A stretch of 64,000 bases of DNA from the NCBI GenBank assembly GCA_051003195.1, contig JBPCLP010000020.1:96001-160000 (forward strand), read 5' to 3'. The first letter of the stretch is position 1, and the number at the start of each line of letters is the position of its first letter. The notes below the pieces were generated by a model that searched no databases, was not told the DNA's origin, and worked only from the letters and a program-made list of their open reading frames with translations. A program made the position numbers and the translations under genes. Shown in pieces: positions 20,031 to 30,277 of this stretch. This stretch comes from Candidatus Sumerlaeaceae bacterium. GTDB taxonomy: Bacteria; Sumerlaeota; Sumerlaeia; Sumerlaeales; Sumerlaeaceae.

Positions 20031-22106
20031 TTATTTGAAGAGTAGTGCTCCAAAGGACTCGGGATGGTGCGTGTCGCCACTGAGCGGTGCTTTCGCCCAG
20101 CTTACGTACTCCTTGTCGCCTCCTGCAAATCGCCAGCGCCGCACATCCGCGCCCCAGCGATCCCCTGCCTTTGCCGTCGCTCCGAGATCGGACCATGGGA
20201 TCTTCATATCGACGCTCCAGCTTTTATCCGTACGGCTTGTTCGAATCGAGAGACTGGCGTTCCATTCGGATGCGGTCGCGCGCAAATCTCCGGTACCATC
20301 GTACCACGCACCTGCGGAGTTGACGATGATCTGCAGGTAACGGTCGGTTACACCCCGAGGACTGAGAAACAGTTCCACGCAGTCGTCCGTCCAGATTTTG
20401 CCATCGCGCGCCTTCTCTGCGCAACGCAGCGAATTCATTTTCGGCTCATCTGCCGTAATATGAAGCTGCAGGCCTGTATCGTCATAACTCATGCGAAACC
20501 GCGTGTGAATTCCCCCGGCCATTTCAAAAGATGTTTCGGTGCCTGTTCCATCACGTTTTGTCGCGCGGACTTCCGGGCCCGTTTCATTCGTACGGCCTTC
20601 CTCACGCGCAAGCTCGCGGAACGCACGCATTCCAAAGCTCGTGGGTGACCCCTGTGAATTAGTGGTAATACTTTTCAGCAGCTCGCGACGCAGGTCGGAA
20701 GTTTCGGGAGTGTTCAGCGTCATGGCAGATGCGAGACGCAGGGAAACTGGCGCGCTCGTCAGCGGTGCAGAATGCATTCGGCTGCGCCAGGAAGATGCCA
20801 CAGCCTGTGCGTCGCCGGCATCCAGTCCGGACTGCAGTTTGGTTTTCTTGCCCGTTGTGTTGCCGGAGATGATAACTTCGCCTTCGCTTCGGTTCTCGAT
20901 GCGCGGTTCACTGCGAAAGCGGTTGCCCTGAATGATTGCCGCCTCCACGTCTTCGCGCAGCTCGATATGTCGCGTACCAGTTCCAGCATCGAGAAACTCG
21001 CAGCCGTTTACAGTCAGACCGCCGCCGCTTGCGACAATAGCGGGAGCATGCGTGTGTTTTTTGTCCCACCACGTGAAATGACAGGCCGTGAATGAAACGT
21101 GTCCCGCTCCTGAGATCTCCGCATGCGAATCCGTTACGCCGTCCACGCCCCAGAATCCGCACGACGTAAACTTCACCGGGCCCGAGTTCGTATCCATGAC
21201 CTGCACACCCGCCATGATCTGCCCGTTCTCAAAAGAAACTCCAGCATGAGCCTGCACTGCGTCCACTTTAACTGCGAGGGGTCCAACATCCGACCCGCAC
21301 TGCGTCAGCACAGCGTTGCCCGGACCATCGTTCACCTGCGTAAAATGGAAGCCGATTGCATACGAGATGCAGAAACAGTCGCGCATGTACTCCCAATCGG
21401 TTTTCGCGATCTTGAATGCAGTTCCATGATCACGCGTGAAGCCCATCGCCTGCTCGGTCCAGAAGGGCCAGAAATGCACGTTCTCCACCCGGCCGACGTC
21501 GAGACATTTATCGATGAAGAGCCCGAGCTTCAGCGGCATACCATAAAGCCCGCTGATAAAATGCCGACCAGCGGGAAAAGTGCCGAAATCGACGCCCAGG
21601 TAAGGGTTCACCAGGAGTGTATCGCGAATGGAAATGTTGTCGCCATGCCCGCGCACGCACCACGGATACTCTACGATCTGGTCGGGTTTTTGGTCGGGAT
21701 AGAAAACCTGCACTCCGCGCAGGGTTGAGCAGCGGTTGAGCACGATAAAGGGCTCGGCGTGAGCATTCCCGCGGCCCTCTGTTGCAAGAAGCACGCTTCC
21801 GCTGCTTTCCGTGGTAGTGGGCGGCGCCTGGAAGGTTCCCTGCAGGCATACGTACGCTGGCACGTTGATGTGACCGCTGAACCTGTATCGGCCTGCGGGT
21901 ACAAAAACAATTCCGCCACCTTCAGCGGCCATCGCATTAAGCGCAGACTGGAAAGGTGCCGTGCAATCCGCCTGGCCGTTGCTGATCGCACCGTGATCCA
22001 GAACGTTGATCGTCCCGCTGGTGGTTACAGCCAACGCACTGGCTGCCGCCCCAATTACCATTGCAACGCAGGGCAGGCCCACACGTGCCTTTCTCAATGA
22101 AAACAT
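20031..22106 (-). CDS. Secreted beta-helix glycan enzyme (pectate_lyase_3/GH55-like) with C-terminal CBM9-like domain
   Basis: ATG 22106 after AGGAGG; signal peptide; INVLDHGA...DCTAPFQSAL...GGIVFVPAGRY; C-terminal DCVELF and WSVDMKIPW. Confidence 0.75.
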   Translation of the reverse strand: MFSLRKARVGLPCVAMVIGAAASALAVTTSGTINVLDHGAISNGQADCTAPFQSALNAMAAEGGGIVFVPAGRYRFSGHINVPAYVCLQGTFQAPPTTTESSGSVLLATEGRGNAHAEPFIVLNRCSTLRGVQVFYPDQKPDQIVEYPWCVRGHGDNISIRDTLLVNPYLGVDFGTFPAGRHFISGLYGMPLKLGLFIDKCLDVGRVENVHFWPFWTEQAMGFTRDHGTAFKIAKTDWEYMRDCFCISYAIGFHFTQVNDGPGNAVLTQCGSDVGPLAVKVDAVQAHAGVSFENGQIMAGVQVMDTNSGPVKFTSCGFWGVDGVTDSHAEISGAGHVSFTACHFTWWDKKHTHAPAIVASGGGLTVNGCEFLDAGTGTRHIELREDVEAAIIQGNRFRSEPRIENRSEGEVIISGNTTGKKTKLQSGLDAGDAQAVASSWRSRMHSAPLTSAPVSLRLASAMTLNTPETSDLRRELLKSITTNSQGSPTSFGMRAFRELAREEGRTNETGPEVRATKRDGTGTETSFEMAGGIHTRFRMSYDDTGLQLHITADEPKMNSLRCAEKARDGKIWTDDCVELFLSPRGVTDRYLQIIVNSAGAWYDGTGDLRATASEWNASLSIRTSRTDKSWSVDMKIPWSDLGATAKAGDRWGADVRRWRFAGGDKEYVSWAKAPLSGDTHHPESFGALLFK

Positions 22107-22213
22107 CCGAAACCTCCTGTAAAACTCGCGCGAAACTGCGGAACCATTTTTCGAAAGCAAGCCCCCTGACGCGCACGGCCACTAAAGATTCTACCCGGAA
22201 CGCGTGATTCCGG

Positions 22214-23632
22214 TCACCGCTGCTCCAGTTGCCGAGTCGCGACATCCAGCCACGGGTCACGAGATTCGCGCATCATGTCCAATATATTAGAAGTCAGTTT
22301 GTCGAGCGTCGCTTTGTGTCGGGAGTCTTGGGAAAGATTGCTTCGTTCGTTCGGATCACTTTTGAGGTCGAAAAGTTCAAGCCGCGGGCGGCGGAGGTAT
22401 TGCTGCACAGGGTGACCTCCTACCTGCCCGTGCGGATGCGTGAAAACAGCAGTCCAGCTGGGAGACCCCTCCAGGTCCCCGGCAATGGTAAAAGGCAGCT
22501 CGTTTGCAAGGTTCCAGATCAGTTTGTAATCGCGCGTGCGCACGCACCGCATGGGATAGTACATCGTGATTTCGTGGAACGTGTGCGATGCGTACACAGG
22601 CCTGTTTTTGTCGGCAGCCGGATCATTCACCGTCGAAAACAGGGATGTCCCACGCATTGCTTTTGGAGCTTGTAGTCCCGCCCAGTCGAGTATTGTCGGC
22701 GCGATGTCGATCCAGCTGACCATCGAATCGCTGCGAGTATTTGCGTGAACGGTGCCGGGTGCACGGACGATAAGCGGCAGACGGATGCCTGCATCATACA
22801 GGTTTGTTTTTGCGCCGGGAAACGGGATCCCGTTATCACTCAAAAAAATGACAAGCGTGGAAGAGGTGGCGCCAGCCTCGTCTATCGCGGAAAGAATCTG
22901 AGCGACGGATCGGTCGAGATTGTTAACGCTTTCGCAATAGGCGGCGTAATCTCGCCGCACCTCGGGCAGGTCCATCAGGAAATGGGGCAGAGCGCCGTCG
23001 TATCGCAACGTATTAGTGGTATGTGCGTCCGGTTGGTTTGCCGGAAAATGAGACCCCAGGCGATGCGTATCGCTGAAGCCTATCGTGAGAAAAAAAGGTG
23101 CGGTTCCTACTGAGGAGAGAAACTCGCGGGCGTGCCTCCCCAGTGCCTGCGAATCCCGGCCGAGTTTTTCACCAACACGAAGATCGAACGGGTACACAGC
23201 GTCGGGTCCAAGGTGGTACTTTCCCACCATGCCTGTGCGATACCCGGCCTCGGAAAGAATTTTCGGCACGCTTTGAACTTCCGGGCGGGTCTGCTGATTG
23301 TGCGCAGCGTGCGACAGGCCATACTGTCCGACCGCGTGGTTGTACCGGCCCGTCATAATCGTGGCGCGGCTTGGGCTGCACGACGAGACCGCAGCGAATG
23401 CGGACGTAAATAACACACCTTCCCGCGCGAGCCGGTCAATCGTTGGCGTCTGAACTGCCTTGTTGCCGTAGCACCCCGCGTCCAGGCCATGGTCGTCCGA
23501 AATCAGAAGAAGTACATTGCGGGTAGCGGAACTGTCGGACGCGGCAATTGCGGTGCCTGATGCCTGCATTGCGATGATGATCCCGAGCACTCCAAGATAT
23601 AGTGCCCGGGAGTGTTGAACGGCCATTAGCAT
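22214..23632 (-). CDS. Cys-type sulfatase (sulfamidase-like)
   Basis: ISDDHG, CSPSRATIMTG, GKYH and SDNG motifs; signal peptide. Confidence 0.92.
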   Translation of the reverse strand: MLMAVQHSRALYLGVLGIIIAMQASGTAIAASDSSATRNVLLLISDDHGLDAGCYGNKAVQTPTIDRLAREGVLFTSAFAAVSSCSPSRATIMTGRYNHAVGQYGLSHAAHNQQTRPEVQSVPKILSEAGYRTGMVGKYHLGPDAVYPFDLRVGEKLGRDSQALGRHAREFLSSVGTAPFFLTIGFSDTHRLGSHFPANQPDAHTTNTLRYDGALPHFLMDLPEVRRDYAAYCESVNNLDRSVAQILSAIDEAGATSSTLVIFLSDNGIPFPGAKTNLYDAGIRLPLIVRAPGTVHANTRSDSMVSWIDIAPTILDWAGLQAPKAMRGTSLFSTVNDPAADKNRPVYASHTFHEITMYYPMRCVRTRDYKLIWNLANELPFTIAGDLEGSPSWTAVFTHPHGQVGGHPVQQYLRRPRLELFDLKSDPNERSNLSQDSRHKATLDKLTSNILDMMRESRDPWLDVATRQLEQR

Positions 23633-23691
23633 TATCCTGTTCCTGGGTTGCCTGCGGATGCGTTGTCAGGGTCTCAAAATGTCTCCTTTCT

Positions 23692-23750
23692 GCTTTCAAG
23701 TTTTCAACTTGGTAATTTCGCCACTTTAAAAACCGTAATCTTTCTGTAAG
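23692..23750 (-). repeat. Inverted, internally deleted partial copy of the dispersed element
   Basis: Reverse complement of 23711-23750 matches 23939-23978 at 33/40 and 49285-49324 at 34/40; 23692-23710 matches the AACTTGAAA tail at 24051-24070. Confidence 0.8.
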
Positions 23751-23795
23751 TCTTGCTCCTCTTCGAGTTCGTCTTCGTCCGTAGATTTCCCCTTA

Positions 23796-24128
23796 TTGAA
23801 AACTATGCAGCCCCGAACGCCGTGACAGTTGGCAGACGGACTTCTGCGCCCAATCGCGTGGCATTTTACGTCCTTGCGCTCGGCGGGAAAAGCCGCCCAT
23901 CGCGCAAGGAAGCCGAAAATCCACGGCCTCGGCGAAACCTTACGCGAGGATTACCGTTTTTCAGGTGGCGAAATTACCCATTTTCGGCCAACTTGATTTA
24001 TCTGCAAGCCTTTCAAGCTTCTACACAGCCAACTTGAAAAAAACTTGAAAAACTTGAAAAACTTGAAAGCCTCCAACCGCAGTCGCCCGCGCACTCGGAT
24101 CCTCACATCATTCGTCGTTATTCGTGCG
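23796..24128. repeat. Dispersed ~330-bp non-coding element, copy 1
   Basis: Collinear direct repeat of 49143-49473 with identical blocks such as GCCAACTTGATTTATCTGCAAGCCTTTCAAGCTTCTAC and four ACTTGAAA units. Confidence 0.92.
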
Positions 24129-24133
24129 CATCT

Positions 24134-24397
24134 GAAGTTCTGGGGGCAGGTGCGGAACGGTTCCGAAACCTGGCAAACTCGCAGGTGATGCGTAAAAGGA
24201 ATTGCCGGGGTTGTACGGTGCGGCACGCGGTGACGCACTCCCAGGGCGGTGTACGATTTTTGTTCGCGTGCGTGGTCGTTTGGCCGGGTCGGGATGGATC
24301 AGACGCGTGGTGCGACCTGGCGCGATGGTGAAATCATTAAACCCCGAGGAAACGGAGGAGAAGTTCTGGGGCAGCTGCGGAACTGCTCCGACACCGG
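24134..24397. repeat. Imperfect ~38-bp direct repeat pair (24134-24173 and 24360-24397)
   Basis: GAAGTTCTGGGGGCAGGTGCGGAACGGTTCCGAAACC vs GAAGTTCTGGGGCAGCTGCGGAACTGCTCCGACACC. Confidence 0.7.
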
Positions 24398-24505
24398 ATC
24401 GAAACTGACTAACCGGGCCCGGTTGATGTTTCCCCAATTTTTGGCGCCGATATGAGTCTATTTTCCCGGGATCGGGATGAAGGTTCCGCAGACTTCGCGA
24501 CCAGG

Positions 24506-27331
24506 CTACACCGTCGCTTCTTCCGCACGCGGCACACGGCGGCGCTCGCGGTGTGCGAGCATCATGAGCACGTAGGGCAGAATTCCCCCGTGACGGTAGT
24601 ACTGCACCTCGTTGGGCGTGTCGATACGCGCGATGGCGGTGAACTCCTCACACTTGCCGTCGGGAGACGTTGCCCGCACTTTGAGTTTCATGCCGGGCTT
24701 AATGCCCGCGGCGATTCCTATAATTTCGTAGGTCTCGTTGCCGGTCAGGCCAAGGATTTCGCGATCCTGTCCTTCTTCGAACTGCAACGGGAGCACGCCC
24801 ATCCCGACCAGGTTGGATCGGTGAATGCGCTCGTAACTTTCAGCAATCACCGCACGCACGCCGAGCAGTGCCGGTCCCTTCGCCGCCCAGTCGCGGCTTG
24901 AGCCGGAACCGTATTCCTTGCCCGCGATGACGATGCTCGGTACGCCTTCATCTTTATAGCGCATTGCCGCATCATAGATGGACATGGGTTCCTGTTCAGG
25001 CTGGTGTAGCGTCACACCGCCTTCAGTTCCGGGAGCCAGCAGGTTGCGCAGCCGGATGTTGGCGAACGTACCGCGCATCATAACCTCATGGTTGCCGCGG
25101 CGCGCGCCGTAGCTGTTGAAATCTTTGATCTGCACGCCGTGTTCCAGCAGGTACATGCCTGCAGGGCCCTTGGGCGAAATTGATCCGGCGGGAGAGATGT
25201 GATCGGTCGTGACCGAATGCCCAAGCATGGCAAGCACGCGCGCCCCCGTAATATCGCCGGGCTCGATTACCTCTTCGCTCAGGTTGGTAAAGAAGGGTGG
25301 CTCCTTCACGTACGTGGATGCCTCATCCCAGGCGAACAGCTTGCCCTGGGGCACAGGCAGGCTACGCCACACTTCGTCCCCGTGGAAAACCTGGGCGTAG
25401 GTCTGACGGAACATTTCGCTCTGCACAGATTTTTGCATCAGCTCGTTCACCTCCGCCTGCGAAGGCCATATGTCGCTAAGCATGACTGGATTGCCATCGG
25501 GATCCGCGCCAATGGGTTCCGTGGTCAGGTCGATATCCATATTACCGGCCAGGGCGTAGGCGACAACAAGCGGAGGCGATGCGAGGTAGTTTGCGCGAAC
25601 CAGCGGGTTAATGCGTCCTTCGAAGTTTCGGTTACCGGATAGAACCGCGGCTGCCACGAGGTCGCCTTTTGTGACCGCCTGGCTCACATCTTCGGGTAAT
25701 GGCCCGGAGTTCCCGATACAGGTGGCACATCCGTAACTAACGATATGAAACCCGAGCTCTTCCAGGCAACCCATCAAGCCGGCTTCCTGCAGATACTCGC
25801 GGACCACCTTGCTGCCGGGGGCGAGGCTGGTTTTGACCCATGGTTTAACTTTCAGCCCGCGTTCGACCGCTTTTTTGGCCAGGAGGCCGGCGCCGATCAT
25901 AACGCTTGGGTTGCTTGTGTTTGTGCAGCTTGTGATCGAAGCGATCACCACGGCCCCATGCGTGATTTCAAAAGCGCGTTCTTCACGCTCAATCCGTACG
26001 ATATCGTCGAGTGCGCCCAGGTCCGGCAAGGTCGCTGCGGCCGTCGCAGCGGATGCGCCGGACAACCATGCAGCTTTGACTTCGTCGGGCAGTTTACCCT
26101 TGGACGCCTCGATAAACTCGACGAGTGATTGCCGCCAGCTCGGACGCATTTCTTTCAGCAGCACGCGGTCCTGCGGACGCCGAGGTCCCGCCAGGCTTGG
26201 TTCGACGGTCCCGAGGTCGAGCTCCACAACATCGGTGAACTCCGGCTGCGCCGCTCCGGACATCCGGAAAAGTCCCTGATGCCTGCAGTACGCTTCGACG
26301 AGAGCGATTTGCTCGTCCGAGCGGCCTGTAAAGCGCAGGTACTCCAGCGTCTTTTCATCCACGGGGAAGAAGCCGACGGTCGCGCCATATTCAGGCGCCA
26401 TGTTGGAGATGGTTGCGCGGTTGGGAACGCTTAGCTCGGCCAGGCCGTCGCCGAAGAATTCAACGAATCGGCCGACCACGCCCTTCTTGCGCAGGATCTG
26501 CGTGACCATAAGCACCAGGTCGGTTGCGGTGGTGCCCGCCGGCAGTTTGCCGGTCAGTTTCATTCCGATAACCTGTGGTATCAACATGCTGATCGGCTGA
26601 CCGAGCATGGCCGCCTCGGCCTCAATTCCGCCGACTCCCCAACCAAGCACGCCCAGTGCATTGACCATGGGAGTGTGACTGTCGGTGCCGACGAGTGTAT
26701 CGGGGTACGCCTGGAACACGTCCAGCGTGCACTCTTTTGTAAACACGACGCTGGCGAGGAACTCGAGGTTTACCTGGTGCACGATCCCGGTGTCCGGCGG
26801 CACGACGCTGAAGTTGGAGAATGCGCCGGCGCCCCACCGCAGGAACGTGTAACGCTCCTGGTTGCGTTCGTATTCCAGTTTGGTGTTCTCAAGGAAGGCG
26901 CTGCGGGAGCCGGAGAAGTCGATCTGGACGCTGTGATCGATGACCAGATCAACTCTTTCGAGCGGGTTGATGCGATTAGGGTCGATTCCCATACGCACGG
27001 CAGCATCGCGCATAGCGGCAAGGTCGACCACGCATGGCACACCGGTAAAATCCTGAAGAAGCGTACGCGCAGGCGCGAATGCGATTTCACTGTCGGGTAT
27101 CGCTTTCGAATCCCAGTTTACCAGCGCGGCGATACTCTTGCTGTCGAGCTCCGCGCCGCTGTCGTGGCGGAGCAGGTTTTCCAGGAGCACTTTAAGAGAG
27201 ATCGGCAGGCGGTCAATGTCGCTGCCCAGCTCAGCCTGTTTCAGCTTCGCCAGGGAAAAGATTTCAAAGTCTTTGCCGCTGCTCGTTAGCGTTGTCCGTG
27301 TCCGGAAGGTGTCGCCTTTTTGCTCGCTCAT
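24506..27331 (-). CDS. acnA: Aconitate hydratase A
   Basis: [40 protein letters not shown] and [13 protein letters not shown]. Confidence 0.97.
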   Translation of the reverse strand: MSEQKGDTFRTRTTLTSSGKDFEIFSLAKLKQAELGSDIDRLPISLKVLLENLLRHDSGAELDSKSIAALVNWDSKAIPDSEIAFAPARTLLQDFTGVPCVVDLAAMRDAAVRMGIDPNRINPLERVDLVIDHSVQIDFSGSRSAFLENTKLEYERNQERYTFLRWGAGAFSNFSVVPPDTGIVHQVNLEFLASVVFTKECTLDVFQAYPDTLVGTDSHTPMVNALGVLGWGVGGIEAEAAMLGQPISMLIPQVIGMKLTGKLPAGTTATDLVLMVTQILRKKGVVGRFVEFFGDGLAELSVPNRATISNMAPEYGATVGFFPVDEKTLEYLRFTGRSDEQIALVEAYCRHQGLFRMSGAAQPEFTDVVELDLGTVEPSLAGPRRPQDRVLLKEMRPSWRQSLVEFIEASKGKLPDEVKAAWLSGASAATAAATLPDLGALDDIVRIEREERAFEITHGAVVIASITSCTNTSNPSVMIGAGLLAKKAVERGLKVKPWVKTSLAPGSKVVREYLQEAGLMGCLEELGFHIVSYGCATCIGNSGPLPEDVSQAVTKGDLVAAAVLSGNRNFEGRINPLVRANYLASPPLVVAYALAGNMDIDLTTEPIGADPDGNPVMLSDIWPSQAEVNELMQKSVQSEMFRQTYAQVFHGDEVWRSLPVPQGKLFAWDEASTYVKEPPFFTNLSEEVIEPGDITGARVLAMLGHSVTTDHISPAGSISPKGPAGMYLLEHGVQIKDFNSYGARRGNHEVMMRGTFANIRLRNLLAPGTEGGVTLHQPEQEPMSIYDAAMRYKDEGVPSIVIAGKEYGSGSSRDWAAKGPALLGVRAVIAESYERIHRSNLVGMGVLPLQFEEGQDREILGLTGNETYEIIGIAAGIKPGMKLKVRATSPDGKCEEFTAIARIDTPNEVQYYRHGGILPYVLMMLAHRERRRVPRAEEATV

Positions 27332-27579
27332 CAGTTACCAGGTTCCTCCAATATCCTCAGCCAAAACGGGGGCTGCCCGCCGTGCGCGCAAGTTAAGTTT
27401 TGCTCGTATTTAGTGACAGCGGTGTGCCTGACCAGTCTCATCTGCATACCAGAAATGTCATTTTTAGTCATCATCCGGCGCACATTTAGGGAACAGACGG
27501 CACTTATCATGATCATCGTGATGTTTTCGCTTTGCAATTGGCCCACTTGAGACCGGAAAACCCTAATTAAACCGAGCTC

Positions 27580-30159
27580 ATGAGCGCCTCTTCTGAAGCA
27601 CAGCCCCGGTCACAAGTAGACGCAGCCCTTGCTGCGGCTGGATGGACATTGCAGGATGGTAACCAGGCAAATCTGTCGGCGGGCTACGCTATCGCGCTCA
27701 GGCGGTTTCCCCTGGCTTTCAGTCCCACGCACGGCAATTCCGACTACCTGCTTTATGTCTCGGGAGTTATCGCAGGCGTGGTGCGCATTCTTCCCGAGCT
27801 GCCAATGCTGATCGAGCCTGACGAGGAACAGATACACGGGGCGGAAGCTGGAGATCGTCGGCAGAAGGACAAAGCGGAGCTGAACGATAACCGCGTTCTT
27901 CCCTCGGCGGAGCCGATGCACTGGCAAGGGAAGGCAAAACCTTCTGCTGAACGGCGACAGGGCACACGTGCGGCGTTCGTCTATGAAACTGATGGCACCC
28001 GGATACAGTTTCGTGATGTCCGCAAGGAGCCGGCACGGGCGCATGCGCTCCACCATTTTCATCGCCCGTTTGCACTGGCAGCATGGCTTAGCGGGACAGC
28101 CGCTCCGTTGGACACTCCGCAGAACAACGTCCTTCTCGATCCTGAAGGGCTGTCGACCGAACGATTCCTGGACCGGTTGCAAGCTATTCCACGCATAGGC
28201 GACCGGGCATTGTGGCCGGGCGAACGCCTTGTGCTTGAGGCACTTCAGACTTCATTGCGACGCGGCAATCGTCGGGTACTGGCGCAGATGGCGCCGGGCA
28301 GCGGCAAGACACACACGCTGCTTAACATCGCGTATCAATTGCTCGAGCATGCGAATGCCGCGCGCGTTCTTCTGCTCGTGGACAATGACCCGCTTGCGTA
28401 CCAGACGTGCGAGGAGTTCCGAAGCCTTCGTCCGCCGGTTTATGCCAGCCCCAGTGCCACGCCGCTGCCATTTGATATTACTCCCGAAGCTCACACGCTG
28501 GCGGCGCAACAGTTGTCTGGCCGTCCATTGGACCCTGCGGCCCGCCTCGTCATAGGCAGTTCTTACCGGCTGCTTGCGCATTGGCCGACCGAAGACAGCT
28601 CGAGTGAGGATATAGTCTCCCTCACAACTTTCTCCAGCGACATGACAAAGCGTCTGCCATCGCTGCGAGGTGAAGGAAGTGCCGCGGAGGAGCCGGATGG
28701 AATTTTTGCAGCTCCGCGTAACTCCAAGCTGCCGACGGAAACCTTCGATGTAATCCTGTGCGATGACCTTTCGCCAGATGCGCTCAAGGCGCTCACTCCA
28801 GTCTTTAACTATTTCGATGCACCACTGCTTGCGGTGTGTGGAACACTGTGCCGTTTCACACTGGAGTTGTTTGGAAACCGGGTTGTAGCAGAGTACCCGT
28901 ACGAGCAGGCAATAGCAGACGGCGCAATCCTTCCGTTCGAAACGTATGCAATTCGTGTGAAACCCGGGATTGCAGATAATCTTGAAACGCAAGCCGGCCC
29001 GTTGGAGATCCATCGCGAACCGGAACTCGTCACACGACTCGAGCGCTGGCGCAAGACAGACGATTGCGTAGGGCCTTCCTCGGATTTTTCGCGGGATAGT
29101 GCAATGGAGCATGAGGAGCGGAGCCTTGCCGATTTTACGCTTTTGCTCGCTCTACGCGACCGACTGCCGCGTGAAATTTTCCCGCAGCGCACGCAAGTTC
29201 CGAAGACCCTGCTGGTGGCACGCGATCAGACGCACGCAGAATCGTTGCTGGAGCTTACGAGGGAAGTATTCTCGACCAACGAAGAGTTCGCACGCATTTT
29301 GAGCATGACTGGCCCAAAGGCCTCAGGGGAATATGAGGCCCTTGTTTTCCGCAAAGTCTCCGAGAAGCGCCCGCATGCCCTGGGTGAACCGCGGACGCCG
29401 AGCCCCGACGCACATTATCCATATCTGACTGCATTCCGGTCTGACGTTCTCCCGCGCATCGGGATTGTACCGGCAGATAGCTTCGCCGTAACGGTGGATT
29501 TGCGGCCAACCGAGCTTCTGGTATTAATGACCTGCGTGAGAAGCCGCGCGCATTTTGAGGCAATCAAGGGCCGTGCAATACGCGCGCTGCGGCGCGCTGA
29601 GTACCTGCGTATTTCGCCCGATGGACATCCGGCTGCCGGTAAAACGCGCGCGGTGATCGTCGATACGGTCGGCATATTCGACACAGAAGCGCCGTCTGAA
29701 AGTTTTCCCCTGGACCGTCGTCCAGGTGTGCCGCTGGCCCAACTGCTGCAGGACGTCGCATTTGGCGCTGTCGGAGATCAGACAGCGCGATCCATGGCAG
29801 CGCGGTTTCTTCAACTGGACTGCGTTTTAAGTCCCGGAGAACGCGATTCGGTAGCGAAGGCAGCAGGCGGCGCAACGCTGCACACTTTGGCGATGCGGCT
29901 GCTGGCGGCGCTCGACGTGAATCGACAGATCGCCCAGGCGTCGCGCGCGCTCAGGCCAGGTGCAACGGTCAGTGAAAAGATGATCGAACAGGCGGCAACG
30001 GCGTTACTTCAGCAGGCCGTGGCACGCATTCATTCCAGCGTCGGGTTGCGCAACATCATTATTCAATTACACCGCCAGCATAATCCCAAGCCATCCGATG
30101 CAGGAGAACTGGACGAGAGCCAGATGGAAGACCTCGGGAACGAGGAAACCTGGCGTTAG
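27580..30159 (+). CDS. Type I restriction HsdR-like protein with degenerate catalytic motifs (orphan)
   Basis: HsdR-like scaffold (LAAAGW, DYLLYV, FHRP, QMAPGSGKT, YFDA, EIFP.R..VPKTL) with the ExK, DExH and motif III/V/VI residues replaced. Confidence 0.8.
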   Translation: MSASSEAQPRSQVDAALAAAGWTLQDGNQANLSAGYAIALRRFPLAFSPTHGNSDYLLYVSGVIAGVVRILPELPMLIEPDEEQIHGAEAGDRRQKDKAELNDNRVLPSAEPMHWQGKAKPSAERRQGTRAAFVYETDGTRIQFRDVRKEPARAHALHHFHRPFALAAWLSGTAAPLDTPQNNVLLDPEGLSTERFLDRLQAIPRIGDRALWPGERLVLEALQTSLRRGNRRVLAQMAPGSGKTHTLLNIAYQLLEHANAARVLLLVDNDPLAYQTCEEFRSLRPPVYASPSATPLPFDITPEAHTLAAQQLSGRPLDPAARLVIGSSYRLLAHWPTEDSSSEDIVSLTTFSSDMTKRLPSLRGEGSAAEEPDGIFAAPRNSKLPTETFDVILCDDLSPDALKALTPVFNYFDAPLLAVCGTLCRFTLELFGNRVVAEYPYEQAIADGAILPFETYAIRVKPGIADNLETQAGPLEIHREPELVTRLERWRKTDDCVGPSSDFSRDSAMEHEERSLADFTLLLALRDRLPREIFPQRTQVPKTLLVARDQTHAESLLELTREVFSTNEEFARILSMTGPKASGEYEALVFRKVSEKRPHALGEPRTPSPDAHYPYLTAFRSDVLPRIGIVPADSFAVTVDLRPTELLVLMTCVRSRAHFEAIKGRAIRALRRAEYLRISPDGHPAAGKTRAVIVDTVGIFDTEAPSESFPLDRRPGVPLAQLLQDVAFGAVGDQTARSMAARFLQLDCVLSPGERDSVAKAAGGATLHTLAMRLLAALDVNRQIAQASRALRPGATVSEKMIEQAATALLQQAVARIHSSVGLRNIIIQLHRQHNPKPSDAGELDESQMEDLGNEETWR

Positions 30160-30277
30160 TGTGGTCTACCGTTAGTTCGTAATCAGTTCTGTCTGCCTTT
30201 GCAGGGGGCCATCACCGCCTCCAGGGTAACACGTGCCGCATAAACAAACGCGCTTCGCATAGGCAACTGGACATGAA

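Noticed and set aside
24031..24070. ACTTGAAA repeats as a CRISPR array
   Set aside because: Units are 8-11 nt with no spacers, and there are no cas genes in the window.
23753..24455. Short ORFs over element copy 1 (and 49055-49724 over copy 2)
   Set aside because: Frames are not conserved between copies because of indels; the FKFFKFF text just reflects the tandem repeat.
27580..30159. Functional type I restriction-modification system
   Set aside because: No hsdM or hsdS in the window, and the catalytic motifs are missing.
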